From an uncultured Alphaproteobacteria bacterium (GTDB lineage Bacteria > Pseudomonadota > Alphaproteobacteria > Methylaequorales > Methylaequoraceae), in the NCBI GenBank assembly GCA_902595755.1, contig CACJRF010000001.1, forward strand, positions 1,447 through 65,446: DNA of 64,000 bases. Direction: 5' to 3'. Numbering within the stretch: the stretch's first letter is position 1; each line of letters starts with the position of its first letter. Under the pieces are notes generated by a model. The model worked only from the letters and a program-made list of their open reading frames with translations, was not told where the DNA came from and ran no database searches. A program made the translations under genes and the position numbers. This document shows, piece after piece, positions 9,120 through 17,901 of this stretch.

Positions 9120-10415
9120 TTATTTTTTCAGTCTGCATTCTATTGATAAAGCGTGTGCTTGTAAACCCTCTTCATTAGCTAAATTAATTGCATCCATACC
9201 TATTTTTTTTATACTTTTCTCAGTACAACAAACAACCGAGGATCTTTTTAAATAATCCAAGAGGTTTAATCCTGAAGTAAACCTTGCTGTCCTATCGGTA
9301 GGTAAAACATGATTTGGACCTGCTATATAATCACCAATTGCTTCTGGAGTAAACTTTCCAAGAAATATAGCACCCGCATTTTTTATATCCTTTAGATATT
9401 CTTTAGCATTATCTAAAGCAATTTCTAAGTGCTCAGGAGCTAGTTTATTTATTAATTCAATTCCATCAAAAATTTTTTCAACTATGATGACAGCACCAAA
9501 TTTTTCCCAGCTTTTTTTTGCTATATTTCTTCTTTTAAGCTCCTTTAATAATTCATCAATTTTACTAATTACATCTTGGGCAAAAATATTACAGTCGGTT
9601 ATGAGAATTGATTGAGCAAGTTCATCATGCTCTGCTTGTGAAAGAAGGTCTATAGCAATATGTTTTGGGTTATTATTTTTATCTGCAAAAACCAAAATTT
9701 CTGATGGTCCTGCAATCATGTCAATTCCAACAACACCAAAAAATTTCTTTTTTGCTAATGCAACATATGCATTACCTGGACCAAAAATTTTGTCTACTTT
9801 TTTTAAGCTTTCAGTACCCAATGCTAAGGCCGTAATTGCTTGTGCACCCCCAATTTTATATACCTCTTGAATATTCAGTATTTTACAACACGCTAAAACA
9901 AGAGGATTTACTTCACCATTTGTGGCTGGAACTGTTACAACTATACGAGGAACTCCAGCAACCTGAGCAGGAACTACATTCATAATGAATGATGAAGGAT
10001 AAGCAGCCTTTCCTCCTGGAACATAAAGACCAACAGATTCAAGAGGATTCCAAATTGAACCAAGCGTTACGCCCTCTTTGTCCTTATAAAGTGAATTACT
10101 GGGTTTTTGCTTAATGTGAAACGCCCTCACCCTTTTTATAGAGTTTTTTAATGATACAATTAGACTTTTATCTACTGAGTTATAAGCTTTATCTATCTCT
10201 TTCTTGTCCACAATTAAGTCTGAAAAAGTTTTTGCTTTTATTTTATCAAACTTATTTGACAGTCTTAATACTTCCTTGTCTCCTTTTAATTGAACATCCT
10301 TGATTATTTTATCAACTGTATTTTCTATTGAGAGGTCTGAAACACTTCTTTTTTTTAGAAGGATATCAAAATTTTTATGAAAATTTTTATCTTTTTGTCG
10401 TAATATTTTAACCAC
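9120..10415 (-). CDS. hisD: histidinol dehydrogenase
   Basis: 431 aa with conserved SQAEHD and GDYIAGPNHVLPT motifs. Overlaps hisG by 8 nt. Confidence 0.93.
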   Translation of the reverse strand: MVKILRQKDKNFHKNFDILLKKRSVSDLSIENTVDKIIKDVQLKGDKEVLRLSNKFDKIKAKTFSDLIVDKKEIDKAYNSVDKSLIVSLKNSIKRVRAFHIKQKPSNSLYKDKEGVTLGSIWNPLESVGLYVPGGKAAYPSSFIMNVVPAQVAGVPRIVVTVPATNGEVNPLVLACCKILNIQEVYKIGGAQAITALALGTESLKKVDKIFGPGNAYVALAKKKFFGVVGIDMIAGPSEILVFADKNNNPKHIAIDLLSQAEHDELAQSILITDCNIFAQDVISKIDELLKELKRRNIAKKSWEKFGAVIIVEKIFDGIELINKLAPEHLEIALDNAKEYLKDIKNAGAIFLGKFTPEAIGDYIAGPNHVLPTDRTARFTSGLNLLDYLKRSSVVCCTEKSIKKIGMDAINLANEEGLQAHALSIECRLKK

Positions 10416-11052
10416 TTATTGCCTTTTTTAATTGTTTAATGACTTGAGAAACCTTATCGTTATTTAATTTAAAAGCAATTTTATTAACTACAAGCTTCGA
10501 GGAAATTTTAAACAGAACTTCGGATTCGACTAAATTATTTTCTTTCAAAGTCTTACCCGATGAAACTAAATCTACAATAGTTGAACAAATACCAAGTTTT
10601 GGAGCTAACTCAATAGCACCATTCAGTTTTATACATTCTGCTCTAATTCCTTTACTTGCAAAATAATCTGTCACAGTATTTTTATATTTTGTGGCAATCT
10701 TTAAATGACCATTTCTTTGTTTTTTTTTTAAAAAATCTTTTTTATGTGCGACTGATAATTTACACTTTCCAATACCAAGATCCAACACATTATTTACTTC
10801 GTCGTAATTAAATTCTTTTAAAACATCATCCCCAACTACCCCTAGATGCGCAGCACCAAAAGCTACAAATGTAGCTACATCAAAAGACCTAACTCTAATT
10901 ATGTCAAGAAAATTAACACTTGTTTTAAACATTAACTTCCTAGATTCAGGTTCATTAAATTCTTTCTCAGGGATGATATTAGCCTTAGTTAAAATTGGGC
11001 TTAATTCATTTAAAATTCTTCCCTTAGGAACTGCAAGTATCATTTTCTTCAT
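10408..11052 (-). CDS. hisG: ATP phosphoribosyltransferase, short form
   Basis: 214 aa, LAVPKGRI N-terminus and DLVSSGKTL motif. Short-form length implies a HisZ partner elsewhere. Confidence 0.9.
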   Translation of the reverse strand: MKKMILAVPKGRILNELSPILTKANIIPEKEFNEPESRKLMFKTSVNFLDIIRVRSFDVATFVAFGAAHLGVVGDDVLKEFNYDEVNNVLDLGIGKCKLSVAHKKDFLKKKQRNGHLKIATKYKNTVTDYFASKGIRAECIKLNGAIELAPKLGICSTIVDLVSSGKTLKENNLVESEVLFKISSKLVVNKIAFKLNNDKVSQVIKQLKKAISG

Positions 11053-12317
11053 TTTTTTATTCTATTTATTTTTGCACCGCATGCTTTAAGTTTTTTTTCA
11101 ATATTCTCATAACCTCTGTCCAAATGATATACCCTATTAATAATCGTTTTACCTTTTGCCATCAAGCCGGCAATTATTAAACATGATGATGCCCTTAAAT
11201 CAGTGGCCATTAACTGTGCACCATAAATCTCTTTAACCCCACTGATTTCAACCTTTGATCCCTTTTTTTTAATTTTTGCTCCCATACGTCTTAATTCACT
11301 AACATGCATGAATCTATTTTCAAAAATTTTTTCATTAATCTCATTTAAACCTTTAATTTTTAATAAAGCTGAAGTCAACTGAGCTTGAAGATCAGTTGGA
11401 AAGCCTGGATATTCTTTGGTAGTAATTTTTAAATTTAAACAACCATTTTTTACTTTTTCAATACTAAAACTTTTATTATCAATTTTTTTTAGCTTCAACA
11501 AACTAATTGGTCTTAAAATATTTTTTAAATGTTTATAAATTTCAGTATTAACCCCCGAAAGTATTAATTTACCTGAACAACCTAAAACAGATAGAGCAAA
11601 AGTTCCAGCTTCAATTCTATCAGGCATAACTTCAAATTCTCCTCCATTTAATTTTTTTACTCCATCGATAGTAATTACTTCAGTACCATGGCCCTTAATT
11701 TTTGCTCCTATTTTTATTAAAAAGTTACAAAGATCATTAATCTCTGGCTCTTGAGCTGCGTTATAAATTATTGTTTGTCCCTCAGCCAAAGTAGCTGCCA
11801 TAATTAAATTTTCTGTTGCGCCTACAGATTTTTTTTTAAAGTTTATAGAAGTTCCTTTTAATTTACTTTTGACACTGCCATGGACATAACCATTTTTTAT
11901 TTTAAAAGATGCTCCCATCTTTTTCAAACAATCTAAATGTAAATCTACTGGCCTTGTTCCAATTGCACAACCTCCAGGTAGTGAAACTTTTGCATACCCA
12001 TATCTGGATAAAAGTGGACCCAATATCAAAAATGATGCCCTCATTTTTCTCACAAGTTCATAGGGTGCTATCAATGATTTAGGCTTGTTGGACTTAAAAG
12101 TATAACAACTATTCTTTTTTTTTAAAATTTTAACATTCAACGACTTAAGTAAATCTATCATTGAAAAAATATCCGATAAACTTGGTATATTGGTTAACCT
12201 TACAATAGAATTTGTTAAAAGTGTTGAAGCTAGAATTGGAAGCGCAGAATTTTTGGATCCACTGATCCTAATTTTTCCTTTAAGAGGTTTTCCACCAAAT
12301 ATCTCAATTACATCCAT
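11049..12317 (-). CDS. murA: UDP-N-acetylglucosamine 1-carboxyvinyltransferase
   Basis: 422 aa, GSKNSALPILA N-terminus, active-site LPGGCAIGTRPVDLH. Confidence 0.93.
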   Translation of the reverse strand: MDVIEIFGGKPLKGKIRISGSKNSALPILASTLLTNSIVRLTNIPSLSDIFSMIDLLKSLNVKILKKKNSCYTFKSNKPKSLIAPYELVRKMRASFLILGPLLSRYGYAKVSLPGGCAIGTRPVDLHLDCLKKMGASFKIKNGYVHGSVKSKLKGTSINFKKKSVGATENLIMAATLAEGQTIIYNAAQEPEINDLCNFLIKIGAKIKGHGTEVITIDGVKKLNGGEFEVMPDRIEAGTFALSVLGCSGKLILSGVNTEIYKHLKNILRPISLLKLKKIDNKSFSIEKVKNGCLNLKITTKEYPGFPTDLQAQLTSALLKIKGLNEINEKIFENRFMHVSELRRMGAKIKKKGSKVEISGVKEIYGAQLMATDLRASSCLIIAGLMAKGKTIINRVYHLDRGYENIEKKLKACGAKINRIKK

Positions 12318-12318
12318 T

Positions 12319-12873
12319 TTATAGTTTAGGTAAAGTCACACCCTTTTGGAACATATATTTACCTTTTCTATCAGAATATGACAATTCACAAATATCATCT
12401 CCTTTAAAAAATAAAAATTGTGCAGCACCCTCATTTGCATAGATTTTTGCAGGAAGCGGTGTGGTATTAGAAAATTCAAGAGTAACGTGTCCTTCCCATT
12501 CTGGCTCTAAAGGTGTAACATTCACAATAATTCCACATCTTGCATACGTTGATTTTCCAACACAAATAACTAAGGTTTCTTTAGGTATTTTAAAATATTC
12601 GACTGTTCGTGCAAGTGCAAAGCTATTTGGAGGTATTATACAATGATCAACTTCTCTATCAACAAAACTGGTATTAGAAAAGTCTTTTGGATCCACGGTT
12701 GCAGAATTTACATTAGTAAAGATTTTAAAGTTTTTTGATACTCTTGCATCATATCCATATGAAGAAAGTCCATAAGATAATACCCCTTCTTTCTCAAGCT
12801 TTTCAACAAATGGGTTGATCATTTGTTTTTCTTTAACCATTTTTTTTATCCAAAAATCAGGCATTATTCCCAT
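12319..12873 (-). CDS. dcd: dCTP deaminase
   Basis: 184 aa, SYGYD and GKSTYARCG motifs typical of Dcd. Confidence 0.92.
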   Translation of the reverse strand: MGIMPDFWIKKMVKEKQMINPFVEKLEKEGVLSYGLSSYGYDARVSKNFKIFTNVNSATVDPKDFSNTSFVDREVDHCIIPPNSFALARTVEYFKIPKETLVICVGKSTYARCGIIVNVTPLEPEWEGHVTLEFSNTTPLPAKIYANEGAAQFLFFKGDDICELSYSDRKGKYMFQKGVTLPKL

Positions 12874-12945
12874 AATTTACTTCCCTTCCTCTTTTTTAAA
12901 TTTTTCCTTAGTGCCTTTGAAAGTTTGTCAAACTTTGGAGTTCTT

Positions 12946-13317
12946 TTATTCATAATACTTATTCTTCTTTTTTTCAAGAAAAGTGTATTTTGTTGCTTTC
13001 CCCTTAGATAGTTTTATTGGATACCTTTTTTTATTAATCTCAATTTTCTTTAGACACTCCTTTTCTAAGTCAATCCCAGCAATATCCGAAAATCTAAGAA
13101 GATATAGCATTATATCAGCAATCTCCTCTTTAATCTTAGAGAGATTTTCTTTTTTTTTATAAAACTCTGAGCTTTCTTTTTCCCATTGAAAAATTTCTAA
13201 TAATTCTGACGACTCAAGACTAATAGATATAGCTAGGTTTTTTAAAGAATGAAACTGATCCCAATCTCTTTTTTTTGAAAATTCTCTTAAAATCTTTTTT
13301 ATTTTTAATTCGTTCAT
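12946..13317 (-). CDS. MazG-like nucleotide pyrophosphohydrolase
   Basis: RDWDQFHSLKNLAISISLESSELLEIFQW...EEIADIMLYLL: all-alpha MazG/dCTPase-type EExxE pattern. Confidence 0.7.
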   Translation of the reverse strand: MNELKIKKILREFSKKRDWDQFHSLKNLAISISLESSELLEIFQWEKESSEFYKKKENLSKIKEEIADIMLYLLRFSDIAGIDLEKECLKKIEINKKRYPIKLSKGKATKYTFLEKKKNKYYE

Positions 13318-13410
13318 ATGATTCGTCTTTTTAAAATTAATATACTTGATTTTTATCTTCTTTAAAAAATTTATATCTTTTTTTTTAATTGTTGCTAGAA
13401 TTTAAAAACA

Positions 13411-15030
13411 ATGAATGAGGTAATATGGGGCAGATATTCACTACTTGTTTACACTGGTATAAGCACTGTAACTCTTTTAATCCTAAGTTTCTTTTTTAAA
13501 TTTTTAATTTTATTTACATTTATTTCAGGCTTTTTGTTTTCTGTTTCTTTATGGGATTTTTTTCAAAAAAAAAGATCTATTCTTTCCAACTTTCCATTAT
13601 TAGGGAGATTCAGATTCTTTTTAGAAAGTATAAGACCTGAATTAAGACAATATTATTGGGAATCTGATGATGATGAAGTCCCTTATTCAAGAAATCAAAG
13701 GTCAATGGTCTATCAAAGATCAAAAAATATCGAAGGAGTTAGACCATTTGGTTCACTGGAAAAAATGTACAAAGAAGATTTCGTTTGGCTTAATCACTCA
13801 ATAACCCCATCACATATAGAAAGTTCTGAGTTTAAAACAAAGGTTGGAAATGGTAAAAATTTTTACAATATGTCAGTGTTAAATATATCTGGCACATCAT
13901 TTGGTGCAATTTCACCGCCTGCAATTACCTCATTAAATATGGCTGCAAAAATGGGTAATTTTGCACATAATACAGGTGAAGGCTCAATGTCTAGTTATCA
14001 TGAAAAAGGTGGTGGAGATACTATCTGGCAAATATCAACTGGGTACTTTGGGTGCAGAGATAGCAAGGGAAATTTTTCACCAAAAAAATTTGCATCAAAA
14101 GCTAAAAGTCCACAGATAAAAATGATTGAAATTAAAATTAGCCAGGGAGCAAAGCCAGGTCATGGTGGTATGTTACTTGCACCAAAGGTAACAGAAGAAA
14201 TAGCTGCTACAAGGGGAATAGAAGTTGGTAAAGATTGTATATCACCTGCTCGTCATAAAGAATTTTCTAATCCCTCACAACTATTGAAGTTTGTTGAAAA
14301 ACTTAGAAAACTTTCAGGTGGTAAACCTGTTGGAATTAAAATGTGTATTGGTCATCCATGGGAATTAATTTCGATAGTTAAGACAATGGTTATAGAAAAA
14401 AAATATATTGACTTTATTACGGTTGATGGTGCTGAAGGTGGAACTGGAGCAGCTCCTGCTGAATTTACTGATCACCTTGGTAGTCCACTTAAGGATGCAA
14501 TAATTTTCGTTGATAATGCTCTTGTGGGCTCAAACCTCAGGGAAAAGGTGAAAATAGGTGTATCAGGAAAAATAGTATCGGCATTTGATATTGCTCACAT
14601 GTGTGCTCTGGGGGCTGATTGGGTAAATATGGCGAGACCATTTATGTTTTCAATTGGGTGTATTCAGTGTAGGTCCTGTCATACAGGAGAATGTCCAACT
14701 GGAATAGCAACTATGGATCCAATGAGGTACAGAGCTATTGATATTAAAGATAGATCAAATAGAGCTTTTAATTTTCATAAAAATACTATTTTCGTATTAA
14801 AAGAACTCTTAGAGTCTGTTGGGGTAAAACACCCAAGCGAGTTAAATAGAAGACACATTGTTAGAAGATTATCTGAAAGTGAAATTCTATTAGCTGATCA
14901 AATTTATCCTCGAGCAGAAAAAGGGGAACTACTAAAAAAAGGAAAGAAAACTATTGCTGACCCTAGAATTAATGTTTACTGGAATAAAGTAAATACAAAA
15001 AGTTTTAATTATGATATGGGTTCAATTTAA
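13411..15030 (+). CDS. membrane-anchored FMN-binding glutamate synthase-family protein
   Basis: Two N-terminal hydrophobic helices, then a GltB FMN-domain-like region (ISQGAKPGHGG, DGAEGGTGAAP, CHTGECPTGIATMDP). Confidence 0.8.
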   Translation: MNEVIWGRYSLLVYTGISTVTLLILSFFFKFLILFTFISGFLFSVSLWDFFQKKRSILSNFPLLGRFRFFLESIRPELRQYYWESDDDEVPYSRNQRSMVYQRSKNIEGVRPFGSLEKMYKEDFVWLNHSITPSHIESSEFKTKVGNGKNFYNMSVLNISGTSFGAISPPAITSLNMAAKMGNFAHNTGEGSMSSYHEKGGGDTIWQISTGYFGCRDSKGNFSPKKFASKAKSPQIKMIEIKISQGAKPGHGGMLLAPKVTEEIAATRGIEVGKDCISPARHKEFSNPSQLLKFVEKLRKLSGGKPVGIKMCIGHPWELISIVKTMVIEKKYIDFITVDGAEGGTGAAPAEFTDHLGSPLKDAIIFVDNALVGSNLREKVKIGVSGKIVSAFDIAHMCALGADWVNMARPFMFSIGCIQCRSCHTGECPTGIATMDPMRYRAIDIKDRSNRAFNFHKNTIFVLKELLESVGVKHPSELNRRHIVRRLSESEILLADQIYPRAEKGELLKKGKKTIADPRINVYWNKVNTKSFNYDMGSI

Positions 15031-15104
15031 AAGAAAAAGGTGAATTTAATCTAAATTTATTTTCTAAATAATGTTTATGTTTAATTTAGATAATCTTTTG
15101 TTTT

Positions 15105-15178
15105 GCCCTCTTAGTTTAATAGTAAAACAGGGTCTTGGTAAGACTCAGCCACTGGAGCGTAACCAGTAGAGGGCACCA
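15105..15178 (+). tRNA. tRNA-Thr (GGU), CCA encoded, non-canonical D and T loops
   Basis: GCCCTCT-TA-GTTT-AATAGTA-AAAC-A-GGGTC-TTGGTAA-GACTC-AGCC-ACTGG-AGCGTAA-CCAGT-AGAGGGC-A-CCA. All four stems pair. The T-loop AGCGTAA lacks T54-Psi55, and the D-loop has a single G. Confidence 0.65.
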
Positions 15179-15186
15179 TAATACTA

Positions 15187-16392
15187 ATGAAAAATTTAAC
15201 AAAAAATATATTAATAGGATTTTCATTAGGATTAATCTTTGGAATCTCTATAAATTTGATCAATCTAGATCAATCTGAAAAAAAATTTATAATTGAAATA
15301 CTTTCAGTTGGTGGAGAGATATTCTTAAAAGTTATAAAAATGTTGGTTGTTCCAATTGTTTTTTTTTCACTTACTTCTGGAGTGGCTAATTTAAATGAAC
15401 TTAATACTTTAGGAAAGATTGGTATTAAATCTATATCTCTTTATATTCTTACCACTTTTTTTGCGATAACAGGCTCACTAATCTTTGCAAACTTATTAGA
15501 TCCTGGAAAGGGGTTCAACTTAAAAATAGAAAATAATGATATAACAATATCAGAACCTCCATCTCTCAATGAGGTTATTTTAAATATCATTCCAAACAAT
15601 CCTTTTGAATCATTAGTAAATGGAAATATGCTTCAAGTAATATTTTTTGCTATTCTTCTCGGTAGCGCAATTTCAATCTCTAAAAAGAAAGAACTTACTA
15701 AATTTTTTAATGATTTCAATTTAGTTATAATGAAAGTTCTTTCTATTTCTCTTATAATTGCACCAGTTGGAATATTTTGTTTAATTTCTAGAACCTTTGC
15801 AACGCAGGGTTTGGGTTCTATAATTGAATTAGCAAAATATTTTTTTGTTGTTTCTTTTGCCTTATTTTTACATGTAATATTTATATATTTGCCATTAATA
15901 AGAATATTTGGAAAAGTAAAAGTAATAAAATTTTTTAATGGAATGAAAGAAGCGTTAATTTTTGCATTTTCGACTTCTAGTAGCTCAGCAACAATTCCAG
16001 TCACACTTGAAAATCTAAAAAAAAATTTTAGTGTTAAAGATAAGATTGCCTCTTTTACAGTACCTTTAGGAGCTACAATAAATATGGACGGGACAGCAAT
16101 TATGCAGGGTGTAGCAACTGTATTCATAGCCAATGCTTATGGTGTTGATTTATCTATTATTGATTATTTAAATATTATTTTAACATCAACGTTAGCCTCA
16201 ATAGGGACAGCAGGAGTCCCTGGCGTTGGAATAATAATGCTAGGGATGGTTCTGAATCAAGTTGGTTTACCACTAGAAGGTATAGCTCTCATAATGGGAG
16301 TAGACAGGTTTCTTGATATGCTTCGAACCGCAGTAAATGTATCTGGTGATTCAATGGTATCTATAATTATAAATAAATCAGAAAAAAAATAA
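15187..16392 (+). CDS. dicarboxylate/amino acid:cation symporter (GltP/DctA family)
   Basis: 401 aa polytopic protein with SSSATIPV and GATINMDGTA motifs of the DAACS family. Confidence 0.88.
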   Translation: MKNLTKNILIGFSLGLIFGISINLINLDQSEKKFIIEILSVGGEIFLKVIKMLVVPIVFFSLTSGVANLNELNTLGKIGIKSISLYILTTFFAITGSLIFANLLDPGKGFNLKIENNDITISEPPSLNEVILNIIPNNPFESLVNGNMLQVIFFAILLGSAISISKKKELTKFFNDFNLVIMKVLSISLIIAPVGIFCLISRTFATQGLGSIIELAKYFFVVSFALFLHVIFIYLPLIRIFGKVKVIKFFNGMKEALIFAFSTSSSSATIPVTLENLKKNFSVKDKIASFTVPLGATINMDGTAIMQGVATVFIANAYGVDLSIIDYLNIILTSTLASIGTAGVPGVGIIMLGMVLNQVGLPLEGIALIMGVDRFLDMLRTAVNVSGDSMVSIIINKSEKK

Positions 16393-16565
16393 TGAATTGG
16401 TACAATATTGAACTTGAAATTACTTTTTATGGTAAGGAATTTGAACTAACTGAGGCGTCAAATGAACAGGAGGCGAAGCTAATTGCAATAAAAAAGGTTA
16501 TACAAAAGTATAAATGCTTGGAAAAAGAGGTTGTGGTTTTAAGTTGTAAGATTATTCAAAATTAA
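16392..16565 (+). CDS. 57-aa hypothetical protein (not in ORF track)
   Basis: ATG overlaps the transporter stop as TAATG. Hand translation MNWYNIELEITFYGKEFELTEASNEQEAKLIAIKKVIQKYKCLEKEVVVLSCKIIQN. The 3' end overlaps the convergent pyrC by 14 nt. Confidence 0.35.
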   Translation: MNWYNIELEITFYGKEFELTEASNEQEAKLIAIKKVIQKYKCLEKEVVVLSCKIIQN

Positions 16566-17901
16566 ATTGAACACAATTACCGTTTAAGTTTTCGCTAATT
16601 TCATTGTCTCTCATAGCAACTTTTCCATTTACAATTGTAAAAATCGGCATCCCCTTTATTCTTAGATTATTATAAGGGGTCCATCCTGACTTACTTGCAA
16701 TCCATTTATCAGTTATTTCAAATTCTTTTTCTAAGTCAATAATTGTCAAATCAGCGTCATATCCTAAACTTATTTTTCCTTTATTTTTAATTTTATAAAT
16801 TTCACATGGATTAACAGAAATAAGTCTTACTAAGTCTTGGATAGTAAGTTTATTTTTATTCACAAAGTTTAGCATTATAGGAAGAAGTGTTTGTACTCCT
16901 GTCATTCCTGAAGGAGATAAAGGATATTTCTTTTTCTTTTCTTCTATTGTGTGCGGAGCATGATCGGAACCTATAACATCCACTACCTTTTTTTCAATTC
17001 CATACCACAAGCCTTTGCGGTGATCATCATTTCTAATTGGGGGGTTCATTTGGGCATTAGTTCCTAATAGATCATAACAATCCGGCGAACTGAAATATAA
17101 GTGCTGAGGAGTAACTTCACACGTACAAATATCTTTATTTTTTTCTATCATTTTTATTTCATCTGCAGTTGAAATATGTAATATATGTAGGTTTGTTTTT
17201 CCAACTTCACGTGCAATTTTTAATAATCTTTGAGTACTCCTAATTGCTGTATTATCATCTCTCCAAACTGGGTGAGAATTTACTGAAATATTAGGATCAT
17301 CTAAAATTTTTTTTCTGTCTCTTAATCTATATTCATCCTCGCTATGAACAGCAAATTTTCTATCTATGTTTGAAATAATTTTTCTTAAACTATCATCGTC
17401 TTCAACTAGTAAATCTCCAGTTGAAGAGCCCATAAATATTTTCACACCACAACAACCAACTAATCTTTCAAGTTTACTAAGTTCAGTTATATTTTCTTTT
17501 GCTGCTCCTATGAAAAAACTATAATTACAAAATGCGTTTTTTTTTGCTATTTCTAGTTTTATATCAAGTTGCTCTTTATTTATTGTGGCTGGGGACGTAT
17601 TTGGCATTTCAAAAACTGTAGTGATCCCTCCTAAGATTGCTCCTTTAGTGCCATGATATATATCTTCTTTATGTGTAAGGCCTGGTTCTCTAAAATGTAC
17701 TTGGGTATCAATTGCACCAGGCATTACTATTAAACCTTTAGCGTCAATAACTTCATCTGCTAGACTTTGGTCTACAGAACCTACTTCACAAATTTTACCT
17801 TCATTAATTCCTATATCTATTTTATCAATATTATAATCTGGCAGAACAACCGAACCATTTTTGATAACTAAATCTATTTTAAAATTATTTTTTATATTCA
17901 T
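16552..17901 (-). CDS. pyrC: dihydroorotase-type cyclic amidohydrolase
   Basis: DTQVHFREPG metal-binding motif, MPNTSP, GSDHAPH. 449 aa, class-I DHOase/allantoinase-like. Confidence 0.75.
   Translation of the reverse strand: MNIKNNFKIDLVIKNGSVVLPDYNIDKIDIGINEGKICEVGSVDQSLADEVIDAKGLIVMPGAIDTQVHFREPGLTHKEDIYHGTKGAILGGITTVFEMPNTSPATINKEQLDIKLEIAKKNAFCNYSFFIGAAKENITELSKLERLVGCCGVKIFMGSSTGDLLVEDDDSLRKIISNIDRKFAVHSEDEYRLRDRKKILDDPNISVNSHPVWRDDNTAIRSTQRLLKIAREVGKTNLHILHISTADEIKMIEKNKDICTCEVTPQHLYFSSPDCYDLLGTNAQMNPPIRNDDHRKGLWYGIEKKVVDVIGSDHAPHTIEEKKKKYPLSPSGMTGVQTLLPIMLNFVNKNKLTIQDLVRLISVNPCEIYKIKNKGKISLGYDADLTIIDLEKEFEITDKWIASKSGWTPYNNLRIKGMPIFTIVNGKVAMRDNEISENLNGNCVQFNFE

Noticed and set aside
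12920-12936. AT-rich palindrome AAAGTTTGTCAAACTTT between the MazG-like stop and the dcd start, as a possible terminator or attenuator
   Set aside because: A 7-bp all-weak stem with a 3-nt loop and no U-tract on the transcribed strand. This is indistinguishable from background in such AT-rich DNA.
15633-16133. 166-aa antisense ORF inside the transporter gene. Similar antisense track ORFs occur at 2031..2219, 4402..4617, 4675..4872, 5582..5779, 7053..7274, 22751..23158, 46994..47470 and 57609..58049, among others.
   Set aside because: All are embedded antisense to genes with clear family motifs. They have low-complexity S/F/L/I-rich translations and no start context. Such ORFs are expected by chance.
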